From NCBI GenBank assembly GCA_964594235.1, contig CAZQMF010000005.1:1-56801 (forward strand): a DNA stretch of 56,801 bases. Direction: 5' to 3'. This stretch comes from an uncultured Acidimicrobiia bacterium (GTDB taxonomy: Bacteria > Actinomycetota > Acidimicrobiia > Spongiisociales > UBA4744). The position numbers and the translations under genes were made by a program. A model generated the notes under the pieces. That model did no database searches. It worked only from the letters and a program-made list of their open reading frames with translations, and was not told where the DNA came from. This document shows positions 25,262 to 34,564 of the stretch, in pieces; positions within the stretch are counted from its first letter, which is position 1; each line of letters begins with the position of its first letter.

Positions 25262-28200
25262 GTGGAGCACGAGGTTGCGACACTCGATGGCAATGAGGCA
25301 GCTGCCTACATAGCCCACAAGACAAACGAAGTCATCGCCATCTACCCGATTACACCGTCTTCGCCGATGGGGGAACACGCCGACGACTGGTCGGCGCAAG
25401 GGAAGACGAACATCTGGGGCGAGATTCCCGAAGTCGTCGAGATGCAGAGTGAAGGGGGTGCGTCTGGCGCGGTCCATGGCGCCCTGCAGGGTGGGGCGCT
25501 CACCACGACCTTCACGGCGTCGCAGGGCCTCCTCCTGATGATCCCGAACATGTTCAAGATCGCCGGTGAGCTTCTGCCGACGGTGTTCCACGTAGCTGCT
25601 CGGTCGGTCGCAACCCACGCCCTGTCCATCTTCGGCGACCACAGCGACGTCATGGCGACGCGCAGCACCGGATTCGGCCTGTTGGCGTCCACATCGATCC
25701 AGGAAGTGCACGACTTCGCGCTGATCGCGCAGGCAGCCACGCTTGCATCGCGGGTTCCGCTCGTGCACTTCTTCGACGGGTTCAGGACTTCACACGAAGT
25801 CAACAAGATCGAGCTGATCCCCGACGAGATCATCGCCGCGATGATGGACGGAGACGCCATCAGAGCGCATCATGAGCGTCGTCTCAGCGCCGAACACCCT
25901 GTCCTGCGGGGCTCTGCGCAGAATCCGGACGTGTTCTTCCAGGCACGAGAGGCGGCGAATCCCTACTACATCGCAGCGCCCGATCACCTGCAGGACGCGA
26001 TGGACAGGTTCGCGGAACTCACGGGACGTTCCTATCACCTCTTCGACTACTTCGGGGCACCCGACGCAGATCGGGTGATCGTCCTCATGGGCTCTGGTGT
26101 TGGCGCGGTCCGTGAGACGGTCGACACGCTTACATCCAGCGGTGAGAAGGTGGGGGTTGTGGCGGTACGCGCCTACCGGCCGTTCTCGACGGAGGCATTC
26201 ATCGCTTCCCTCCCCGGCACGACGAAGACGATCGCCGTTCTCGACCGGACGAAGGAACCCGGCGCGCTTGGCGAACCGTTGTACGTCGATGTCCTGGCCG
26301 GCCTGGCGGAGGCGAAAGCGGCCGGGCGTGTCGCGTGGAGCGAACTACCGACCGTGGTCGGTGGCCGGTACGGATTGTCTTCGAAAGAGTTCACCCCGGC
26401 GATGGTGGCCGGCATCTTCGAAGAGATGCAGTCCGAAACACCGAAGAACCACTTCACCGTTGGCATCGTCGACGACGTGACCGGTACGAGCCTCACACCG
26501 GTCGAAGGCTTCGATGCGGAGCCCAAGGGTAGAGTCAAGGCACTCTTCTACGGGCTCGGAAGTGACGGCACGGTCGGCGCATCGAAGAACTCGGTGAAGA
26601 TCATCGGCACGAACACGCCATTGAACGCACAGGGCTACTTCGTGTACGACTCCCGCAAGGCGGGATCGGTCACGGTCTCCCACCTCCGCTTCGATGAGGA
26701 CCCGATCCAATCGACCTACTTGATCGACAAGGCGAACTTCGTCGGCTGCCACCAGTTCGTGTTCCTGGAGAAGATGGACGTGCTGGAACACGCAGCCGAA
26801 GGAGCAACATTCCTTCTGAACAGCCCGTACGGTCCCGACGAGGTGTGGGACAACATCCCGGCGGAGGTGCAACGCCAGATCATCGACAAGCACCTCAAGT
26901 TCTACGTCGTCGACGGCTACTCGGTGGCTCGCGATGCAGGCATGCCCGGACGGATCAACACGGTGCTGCAAACCTGCTTCTTCGCGCTCAGCGGCATCCT
27001 GCCACGCGAGCAGGCGATCACCGAGATCAAAGACGCCATCGACAAGACCTACGGCAAGTTCGGAGAATCGGTCCTCGAGAAGAACTACGCGGCGGTCGAC
27101 GGTGCGTTGGCCGCGCTGCACCCGGTGGAGGTGCCTTCGGAGTCGACATCGACGATTCACATGCGCCGGCCCGTTCCGGAGCAAGCACCAGACTTCGTCC
27201 AGCGGGTCACGTCGCTCATGCTGGAGGGCAAGGGAGACCTGCTGCCGGTGAGCGCCATGCCCGTAGATGGCACGTTCCCGACTGCCACGACCAAGTGGGA
27301 GAAGCGCAACATCGCTGAAGAGATCCCGATCTGGGATGCCGACATCTGTATCGATTGCGCCAAGTGCGCGCTGGTGTGCCCACACGCTGCGATCAGGATG
27401 AAAGTGTACGACCCTGCGTTCCTCGAGGACGCCCCTACGACCTTCAAGTCCAAGGAGTGGCGCAGTCGCGAAATGCCCGGAATGGTCATGACCATCCAGG
27501 TGGCACCTGAGGACTGCACCGGCTGCGGTGTATGCGTCGACATCTGCCCCGCCAAGTCCAAGGAGATCGTCAGGCACAAGTCGATCAACATGCGGCCGCA
27601 TCTCGACCACGTGGACGAAGAGAAGGTGAACTTCGACTTCTTCCTTTCGATCCCGGAGATGGACAGGACGAAGGTGAAGACGGATACGGTGAAGGGATCG
27701 CAGATGCTCCAGCCGCTGTTCGAGTTCTCCGGAGCATGCGCCGGGTGCGGCGAGACCCCCTACATCAAGCTGCTCACCCAGATGTTCGGGGATCGGACGG
27801 TCATCGCCAACGCGACCGGTTGCTCGTCGATCTACGGCGGCAACCTGCCGACTACCCCGTACTCACAGAACGCCGACGGGCGTGGCCCCGCCTGGGCGAA
27901 CTCGTTGTTCGAGGACAACGCCGAGTACGGCATGGGCATGCGACTCGCATTCGATGCCGAGACCTCCCAAGCCAGGTTGCTGGTCAAGACACTCACGAAG
28001 GAGATCGGGCTCGAACTCGCACACGGGCTGCTCGACGCCGACCAGTCCGACGAAGCCGGCATCGCGGCTCAACGGGTTCGGGTCTCCCAACTGAAAGAGA
28101 AGCTGGCGACCATGGACTCGGAGGACGCCAGGACTCTTCTCTCGATCGTCGATTCGCTCGTCACCCAGAGCGTGTGGATCGTCGGCGGTGACGGTTGGGC

Positions 28201-28837
28201 CTACGACATCGGGTTCGGAGGTCTGGACCACGTTCTTGCGTCCGGTCGGAACGTCAACGTGCTCGTGCTCGACACCGAGGTGTACTCCAACACCGGTGGA
28301 CAGGCGTCGAAGGCCACCCCGCTCGGTGCGGTCGCCAAGTTCGCGGCGTCGGGAAAGGGGGTCCCCAAGAAGGACCTCGGCATGATCGCTATGCAGTACG
28401 GCAACATCTATGTCGCCCAGATCGCCGTTGCGGCGAACAACATACAGGCGGTCAAGGCGTTCCAGGAGGCAGAATCGTACGACGGACCCTCGCTGATCAT
28501 CGCCTACAGCCAGTGCATCGCACACGGCATCGACATGGAAACCGGCATGTCCCATCAGACGGAGGCGGTGAACAGTGGGTTCTGGCCGCTCTTCCGGTTC
28601 GATCCCCGCAGGGAGAACCGTCACCCGTTCAAGCTGGACAGCAAGAAACCCTCGATCACGTTCGAGGAGTTCGCCGACAAAGAAGCTCGGTTTGCGATGC
28701 TGAAGCGCACCGACCCGGAACGGTCGAAGAAGCTCCACGAGGACGCGCAAGCGATGATCGACGCACGCTGGTCCTACTACGAGCAGACATCCGACATCGA
28801 GAGAGACTTTCTCGAAGAAGAGGAGGCAGGCGTATGA
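25262..28837 (+). CDS. nifJ: Pyruvate:ferredoxin (flavodoxin) oxidoreductase, single-chain type
   Basis: YPITPSS, EMQSEGGA, TTFTASQGLLLM, GLGSDGTVGA, two 4Fe-4S motifs (CIDCAKC..CP, CTGCGVC..CP), FEFSGACAGCGETPY, GGDGWAYDIG, NTGGQASKATP. Confidence 0.97.
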   Translation: MEHEVATLDGNEAAAYIAHKTNEVIAIYPITPSSPMGEHADDWSAQGKTNIWGEIPEVVEMQSEGGASGAVHGALQGGALTTTFTASQGLLLMIPNMFKIAGELLPTVFHVAARSVATHALSIFGDHSDVMATRSTGFGLLASTSIQEVHDFALIAQAATLASRVPLVHFFDGFRTSHEVNKIELIPDEIIAAMMDGDAIRAHHERRLSAEHPVLRGSAQNPDVFFQAREAANPYYIAAPDHLQDAMDRFAELTGRSYHLFDYFGAPDADRVIVLMGSGVGAVRETVDTLTSSGEKVGVVAVRAYRPFSTEAFIASLPGTTKTIAVLDRTKEPGALGEPLYVDVLAGLAEAKAAGRVAWSELPTVVGGRYGLSSKEFTPAMVAGIFEEMQSETPKNHFTVGIVDDVTGTSLTPVEGFDAEPKGRVKALFYGLGSDGTVGASKNSVKIIGTNTPLNAQGYFVYDSRKAGSVTVSHLRFDEDPIQSTYLIDKANFVGCHQFVFLEKMDVLEHAAEGATFLLNSPYGPDEVWDNIPAEVQRQIIDKHLKFYVVDGYSVARDAGMPGRINTVLQTCFFALSGILPREQAITEIKDAIDKTYGKFGESVLEKNYAAVDGALAALHPVEVPSESTSTIHMRRPVPEQAPDFVQRVTSLMLEGKGDLLPVSAMPVDGTFPTATTKWEKRNIAEEIPIWDADICIDCAKCALVCPHAAIRMKVYDPAFLEDAPTTFKSKEWRSREMPGMVMTIQVAPEDCTGCGVCVDICPAKSKEIVRHKSINMRPHLDHVDEEKVNFDFFLSIPEMDRTKVKTDTVKGSQMLQPLFEFSGACAGCGETPYIKLLTQMFGDRTVIANATGCSSIYGGNLPTTPYSQNADGRGPAWANSLFEDNAEYGMGMRLAFDAETSQARLLVKTLTKEIGLELAHGLLDADQSDEAGIAAQRVRVSQLKEKLATMDSEDARTLLSIVDSLVTQSVWIVGGDGWAYDIGFGGLDHVLASGRNVNVLVLDTEVYSNTGGQASKATPLGAVAKFAASGKGVPKKDLGMIAMQYGNIYVAQIAVAANNIQAVKAFQEAESYDGPSLIIAYSQCIAHGIDMETGMSHQTEAVNSGFWPLFRFDPRRENRHPFKLDSKKPSITFEEFADKEARFAMLKRTDPERSKKLHEDAQAMIDARWSYYEQTSDIERDFLEEEEAGV

Positions 28838-29844
28838 GCGTCGATCTGACCACCACCTACCTCGGCCTGAAGCTCGCACATCCAATCGTTCCTTCTGCAT
28901 CCCCGATCACCGGGAAGCTCGACGTGCTGAAGCGCCTTCAGGACGCCGGTGCGCCGGCCGTCGTGCTCCCTTCACTGTTCGAAGAGCAGATCACCCACGA
29001 GGAAGAGGAGATGCAACGCCTCGCCGAGTTCGCTTCCGAGAGCTTCGCCGAGGCAACCTTCGGCTACTTCCCCGAGATGCGGGACTACAACACGGGTCCC
29101 GGCAGCTATCTGAAACTGATCGAGGACGCCAAAGCAACGCTCGACATCCCCGTCATCGCGAGCCTCAATGGTTCATCGGCGAGTGGATGGCTCACGTACG
29201 CGAAGCGTATCCAAGAGGCGGGCGCCGATGCGCTCGAACTCAATGTGTACTACGTGCCCGCAGACCCGAACGACTCAGGTGCTGCCGTCGAGGAACGCTA
29301 TCTGAGCCTCGTCAGGGCGTGCCGGGAATCGATCACGATTCCGATGACGGTGAAGATCGGGCCGTACTTCAGCTCGGTGGTCAACATGGTGGGCAACATC
29401 GTCGCCGCCGGCGCCGACGGTGTCGTGCTCTTCAATCGCTATCTGATGCCCGACATCGACCTCGAGAACCTCGAAGTCACTCCGGCGTTGAAGCTGTCCG
29501 ATCCATCGGAGCTGCGTCTCCCGCTGCGCTGGGTCGCGCTCATCCGAGGCAAGGTGCACACGTCCCTCGCCTTGTCGAGTGGTGTGCACTCGGCAGCAGA
29601 CGCCATCAAGGCGGTGCTGGCCGGTGCGGATGTGGCGATGACGACGTCGGCTCTGCTCAGACATGGACCCGAGTACCTGACGACGCTGCTCGAAGGGTTC
29701 CGCACGTGGTTCGAAGACAACGAGTACGCGTCGGTCGAGCAGGCAAAGGGATCGCTCAGCGAGGAGGCCGCTCCGAACCCGGAGGCGTTCTCCCGCGCCA
29801 ACTACATGAAGGCGTTGGTTTCATACTCCGGAACTCCCGTCTGA
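28834..29844 (+). CDS. Dihydroorotate dehydrogenase-like FMN protein (nifJ-associated)
   Basis: YLGLKLAHPIVPSASP, VIASLNG, ALELNVY, VLFNRY, LRLPLRW; ATG overlaps the nifJ stop. Confidence 0.9.
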   Translation: MSVDLTTTYLGLKLAHPIVPSASPITGKLDVLKRLQDAGAPAVVLPSLFEEQITHEEEEMQRLAEFASESFAEATFGYFPEMRDYNTGPGSYLKLIEDAKATLDIPVIASLNGSSASGWLTYAKRIQEAGADALELNVYYVPADPNDSGAAVEERYLSLVRACRESITIPMTVKIGPYFSSVVNMVGNIVAAGADGVVLFNRYLMPDIDLENLEVTPALKLSDPSELRLPLRWVALIRGKVHTSLALSSGVHSAADAIKAVLAGADVAMTTSALLRHGPEYLTTLLEGFRTWFEDNEYASVEQAKGSLSEEAAPNPEAFSRANYMKALVSYSGTPV

Positions 29845-29846
29845 GG

Positions 29847-30506
29847 TCAACGGGCGCCGCGCTGCTCCACTCGCCACACGACATACGAGTAGATCAGGGA
29901 TGCGAAGAACGTCCCGATCGAACCCGCGATCACGACCCACAGCATGATCGAAGTGTCGTCGACGAACACCCCGAGCATCAACGCGACGCCGAGCGCGACG
30001 AACAGACGCCCCGCGAGACGGTGCGTTCGAGACCACGCCAGGTCGCTCGCCATCGTCCAGGGAGTGCGAATCCCCATCGACGTGTTCCGTTTCAGCCCGG
30101 GAAGGAACACGCCCACGACGATGAACAGGACACCGACCAGCACCAACACGATCGTGGTCGTGTTCACTTGGCGTCCGAGCGCCGAGAACAGCACTACCGC
30201 ATGGACCGAGCCGAGCAGCAGCATCAGCACGGTCCACATGGCAACATACGTCTTGCCCATCAGCCCAACGCGGGTCGACTCGAACCTGGGAAGCACAGCG
30301 AACAGCGCGGCCGCCCCGAGCCCTATCAGGGGCACGAGATAGAGGATCTGGAACCTCGTTGCGGATCCGCCACCCATCTCGCCGAACCGCACCGGAAGAC
30401 GACTCCCGGACGGAAGCCTCCCGGAGGCCCACAGTGACAGCCCGAGCATCGCCACGATGACGAAAGAGCTCAGTCCGAGCCCCGTCCGGATCCTCCGGTC
30501 GGTCAC
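29847..30506 (-). CDS. SdpI/YhfL family membrane protein with DUF1648 N-terminus
   Basis: LPVRFG, KRNTSMGIRTPWT, WSRTHRLAG; six hydrophobic segments. Confidence 0.85.
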   Translation of the reverse strand: MTDRRIRTGLGLSSFVIVAMLGLSLWASGRLPSGSRLPVRFGEMGGGSATRFQILYLVPLIGLGAAALFAVLPRFESTRVGLMGKTYVAMWTVLMLLLGSVHAVVLFSALGRQVNTTTIVLVLVGVLFIVVGVFLPGLKRNTSMGIRTPWTMASDLAWSRTHRLAGRLFVALGVALMLGVFVDDTSIMLWVVIAGSIGTFFASLIYSYVVWRVEQRGAR

Positions 30507-30513
30507 GACCGAT

Positions 30514-33243
30514 TCACTTGACCGGGTTCGTGAGACCGGGCAGGTCGATCAGTTCGGGCGTCCATCCCGACTCGACCGGATTGACGCGGATCCTCGCGTC
30601 GACCAGCGACACTCCTTCACCGGGTGCGAGCACCTTGACGGGGTTGAGGTCCATCTCGGAGATCTCCGGAACCGCTTCGGCGAGTGCCGAAACCCGCAGG
30701 ATCACCTGTTCGAGGGCCGCAACGTCCGCGGGCGGTGTCGATCGGTACCCGTCCAGGAGCTTGGCCGACTTGATCGATCGCACCATCTCCGCAGCTTCGA
30801 GATCCGTAACGGGGTTCAGGCGAAACGCGACATCGCCGACGAGCTCCACAAGCACTCCACCCATACCGAAGACGATGAGTGGACCGAATGCCGGATCCTC
30901 GGTCATGCCGACGAGCACCTCCAGTCCGCCTTCGATCATCTCCTGCACCATCACGCCGGTCGCATCGTTGGTGAGACTCATCAGCCGTTTGAACGTCTCA
31001 CGGACCTCCTTGTCCCCTTCGACATGCAGAGCGACGCCGCCGACGTCCGACTTGTGGAGCGCGGAGGGCGACACCAGCTTCATCGCAACGGGACGGCCGA
31101 GCTTCTTCGCGAACTCGACGGCGCCGGAGGCATCAGACACCGTTGTCGAGGCCGGGAGGCACAGGCCGAACTCGCTCAAGATCTCACCGACTTCGTCCGG
31201 CTCGAGCCAGCCGCCGGAGCCACCCAGCCGCTCGAGCGCCTTCTGTGCTACCTCGCGTGCGGCCTCGGGTTTGACGTCGTCGAAGACAGGGACGGTCCCT
31301 TCGGGCTTGGCGAGCCACTCCCCGTGGCGAACCACCCTGGAAAGAGCAACCGCCGCCGCCTCGGGGAACCTGTAGCTGGGGATCTTGACCCGGTCGTCCG
31401 AGAGCAGTTCGGCTGCATTGCCCGCAGACATGAAGACCGAAAGGAGCGTCTTGTCACCCTTGTAGCCGGCCGCGGTGTCCCGAATGACTTCCGCGATCAC
31501 CCGCTCGGCACCCGGTGTCGTCGGGATGTAGCTCACGATGAGCGCGTCGATCTCGTCCGAGGCGAGCATGGTCTCGATCTCATGTCGGTACTCCTCCGGT
31601 CCCGCCGAGGCGATCATGTCGACGGGGTTCCTCGTCGACGCTTCGGCGGAAAGCCCTTCGGCGAGTGCGGCCCTGAGGGTCGCTGAGAACTCGGGCACCT
31701 CCAAACCGTGCGACTCGAGGGCGTCCGCGGCAAGGATGCCCGGTCCCCCGGCGTTTGTGAGGATCCCCACTCGCTTGCCCTTCGGAATCGGCTGGCTCGC
31801 GAGAAGCACCGCAACGTCGAACAGCTCCTCCAAGGTCGCCGTCCGGATCACGCCCGCCTGGTGGAAGAGGGCGTCGACCGCAACGTCGACCGACGCAAGT
31901 GCGCCGGTGTGGCTGCTTGCGGCCCTCGTCCCTGCTTTCGTTCGTCCCGATTTCACGGCGACGATCGGCTTTTTGCGAGCGATGCGCCGCGCGAGCCGAC
32001 CGAACCGTCGAGGATTGCCGAACGACTCGAGGTACAGCACGATGACGTCAGTGTTGGGATCACCCTCCCAGTACAGGAGCAGGTCGTTTCCGGAGATGTC
32101 GGCCTTGTTGCCCACAGATACGAACGAAGAGATCCCGATCGCGTTTCGGTTGGCGTAGTCGAGGATCGCGATCCCCAAAGCGCCGGACTGACTTGACATG
32201 GCCACGTTGCCTGGCGTTGGGAAGAACGGCGAAAACTGCCCATCGACGACAATCCTCGGGTCCGTATTGAGAACTCCCATGCAGTTCGGACCGACCATGC
32301 GCATGCCCGCAGCTCGAACCGTTTCGACGAGCTCACGTTCGAGGGCCGCACCTTCGGGCCCGATCTCGGAAAACCCCGCCGAGATCACGACGACACCCTT
32401 GACACCCTTCTCGGCGCAATCCTTCACGGCTGGGATCACCAGCGGCGCCGGCACCACGATGAACGCCAGGTCGATCGGGTCCGGAATCTCAGAGACAGTC
32501 TTGTAGGCACGAACGGAGTGCACGTAGGCTGCGGCCGGGTTCACCGGGTAGATGGGACCCGAGAACCGACCCTGGATCAGGTTGTGGAACAGGCGTCCAC
32601 CGATCGACTCGGAGTTGCGGCTCGCACCGATCACGGCAATCGACCGCGGGTAGAAGATCGGGTTCAGTGAGGTGGCGATGGCCCGTCGTTCGCGTTCCTG
32701 CTCAGCCGCCCTCGTTCCCTCCGACTGCGCTACGGGGAAGGCGACGCTGTAGACGCCCTCCTCCATCGTCCGCTCGATCTTGTAGCCGGAGTGTCGAAAC
32801 ATCCGGATCATCTGTACGTTGTCGGGGAGCACAAGGGCTTTGAACCCGCGAATGCCATGGGTACGGGCGTACGCGGTCATCAGCTGCAACAGCTGTGTTC
32901 CGATCCCCCGGTTCTGGTGGGCATCGACGACGGCGAACGCAACCTCGGCTTGGTCGGGTTCGTCTTGATCGCGGTCATACCTCCCGACGCCGATCATCTT
33001 GCCCTCGAGAAGGACGGCGAATGCCATACGGTTCTCGTAGTCGACGTTGGTGAAGTAGTCGAGCTCGGTTGACGAAAGATCGTCTTTCTCCTGGAAGAAG
33101 CGGAAGTAGCGTGACCTCTGCCCCATCCCCTGAAACAGCTCATAGAGGCGTTCTCGATCGTCTGGCACGATTGGTCTGACACGGACGACGCCGCCGTCTC
33201 TCAGCACGGCGTCGACGACGAATTCGGTGGGATACTCGGCCAT
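30514..33243 (-). CDS. GNAT acetyltransferase fused to ADP-forming acyl-CoA ligase alpha+beta domains (PatA-like architecture)
   Basis: N-terminal GNAT (AEVAF, QNRGIG); CoA-binding IAVIGAS, GPNCMG, SQSG, GNKAD; SSHTGALA; TNAGGPG; ATP-grasp HKSDVGGV, FGPLIVFG, DLNPV. Confidence 0.92.
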   Translation of the reverse strand: MAEYPTEFVVDAVLRDGGVVRVRPIVPDDRERLYELFQGMGQRSRYFRFFQEKDDLSSTELDYFTNVDYENRMAFAVLLEGKMIGVGRYDRDQDEPDQAEVAFAVVDAHQNRGIGTQLLQLMTAYARTHGIRGFKALVLPDNVQMIRMFRHSGYKIERTMEEGVYSVAFPVAQSEGTRAAEQERERRAIATSLNPIFYPRSIAVIGASRNSESIGGRLFHNLIQGRFSGPIYPVNPAAAYVHSVRAYKTVSEIPDPIDLAFIVVPAPLVIPAVKDCAEKGVKGVVVISAGFSEIGPEGAALERELVETVRAAGMRMVGPNCMGVLNTDPRIVVDGQFSPFFPTPGNVAMSSQSGALGIAILDYANRNAIGISSFVSVGNKADISGNDLLLYWEGDPNTDVIVLYLESFGNPRRFGRLARRIARKKPIVAVKSGRTKAGTRAASSHTGALASVDVAVDALFHQAGVIRTATLEELFDVAVLLASQPIPKGKRVGILTNAGGPGILAADALESHGLEVPEFSATLRAALAEGLSAEASTRNPVDMIASAGPEEYRHEIETMLASDEIDALIVSYIPTTPGAERVIAEVIRDTAAGYKGDKTLLSVFMSAGNAAELLSDDRVKIPSYRFPEAAAVALSRVVRHGEWLAKPEGTVPVFDDVKPEAAREVAQKALERLGGSGGWLEPDEVGEILSEFGLCLPASTTVSDASGAVEFAKKLGRPVAMKLVSPSALHKSDVGGVALHVEGDKEVRETFKRLMSLTNDATGVMVQEMIEGGLEVLVGMTEDPAFGPLIVFGMGGVLVELVGDVAFRLNPVTDLEAAEMVRSIKSAKLLDGYRSTPPADVAALEQVILRVSALAEAVPEISEMDLNPVKVLAPGEGVSLVDARIRVNPVESGWTPELIDLPGLTNPVK

Positions 33244-33312
33244 TCACCCTCCTTGTACCCTCGATTCTGGCACGATCGATGGCACCCTCGGGCGGAACGG
33301 TATCGTGCCCAC

Positions 33313-34425
33313 ATGAGTGTGATCGCGATCCCCTTCACCGACGAGCCCGCGTCGACCGTGGTAGCAAACGTCGAAACGGCAGCAAGTCACCCGAAAGTCG
33401 ACCGGGTGCTGTGTGTCGGATCGAAACGCAACGCAACGTTCGAGGAACTCGAAGCGATCCAGTCTCCCGACATCATTGTCATGACGCAGCAGAGGCTCGG
33501 CTCGAAGCGCCCGGGCAAGGGCGACGCTATGAACACGGCTCTGCTGCACTTCCTGGATCACACCGAGTCGGACCGGATCCACTTCTACGACGCCGACATC
33601 ACCAACTTCGACTCGACCTGGATTGACCGTGCCGAGGCGGCCGCAGACACGGGCGTCGATGTCGTCCGGCACTCGTTTCCAAGGGCCTCGACGGACGCGA
33701 TGATCACATGGATGATCACCCGTTTCGGTTTCGCCGTACTCTGGCCCGACACCGAGCTCCCCACGATCGGACAGCCGCTGGGAGGGGAACTGCTGCTCAA
33801 GAGAGCGTCGGCCGAGACACTCGCGACCGATCCGCGCGTCATCGACCGCAGCGATTGGGGAATCGATACGCTGTACACCTTTGCCGTGGTTCAGGCCGGG
33901 CTCAGCCTCCACGAGACCTTCATCCCCGAAGGCAAACGGCATCGCCTGTACGGCAGCCTTCGCGAATTGTCCACGATGCTCAACGAGTGCTTCGGGGCAC
34001 TTCAGTCGCTCGCCGGCGAAACCGTACCGACGGGCACACCCCACCAGGCGACTCCCCCGACCCCGCCTGTCGGAGGGGTCGCGTCGGCCGTCGGGTACTC
34101 GGTCGATGACACGATCGGCCTTCTTCGGCTCGGTTGGACCGAACGTCAGATGCAACTCCTGGGCCTGTTCCCTCGCGAGGTTCAGTCGGGAATGGGCGCG
34201 CTCCGGGACTACCCGTCAGTCGGTTTCATGGACGAGGACACCTGGTACGAGACTTTCCTCCGGCTCCTCACCCACTACGACGCCGACGATGCCGACTGGC
34301 ACGAGCTGCTGTTCCGGCTCTGGGTCGTTCGGGTTCTCAACTACACGTTCACCGAGGCCATGAGAGGCCACGCCGCCGCCACCAGCTATCTCGAAGGGAT
34401 GATCGAGCGAGCGATGAGAACGTAG
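33313..34425 (+). CDS. mgs: Mannosylglycerate synthase (GT78)
   Basis: Collinear with my recollection of Rhodothermus marinus MGS: RPGKGDAMNTAL, IHFYDADIT, FPRASTDAMITWMITR, QPLGGELL, SDWGIDTLYTF, IPEGKRHRLYG, RVLNYT. Confidence 0.9.
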   Translation: MSVIAIPFTDEPASTVVANVETAASHPKVDRVLCVGSKRNATFEELEAIQSPDIIVMTQQRLGSKRPGKGDAMNTALLHFLDHTESDRIHFYDADITNFDSTWIDRAEAAADTGVDVVRHSFPRASTDAMITWMITRFGFAVLWPDTELPTIGQPLGGELLLKRASAETLATDPRVIDRSDWGIDTLYTFAVVQAGLSLHETFIPEGKRHRLYGSLRELSTMLNECFGALQSLAGETVPTGTPHQATPPTPPVGGVASAVGYSVDDTIGLLRLGWTERQMQLLGLFPREVQSGMGALRDYPSVGFMDEDTWYETFLRLLTHYDADDADWHELLFRLWVVRVLNYTFTEAMRGHAAATSYLEGMIERAMRT

Positions 34426-34436
34426 ACGTTCTCATC

Positions 34437-34544
34437 GGTCATCCGTTTTCGGTTGTCAGTCGTCGGTATGAACGCGGCCGAACACCGTGAGGGACAGCAC
34501 GGCGAGTTTCTTACCGAGAACCGAGGACCGACAACTGAAGACCG
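34437..34544. repeat. Heptamer-armed repeat E6
   Basis: GGTCATC CGTTTTC GGTTGTC AGTCGTC GGT-ATGAACGCGGCC ... GGCGAGTTTCTT-ACCGAGA ACCGAGG ACCGACA ACTGAAG ACCG. Confidence 0.85.
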
Positions 34545-34564
34545 CCCACAGGGCGGGCGGTACC

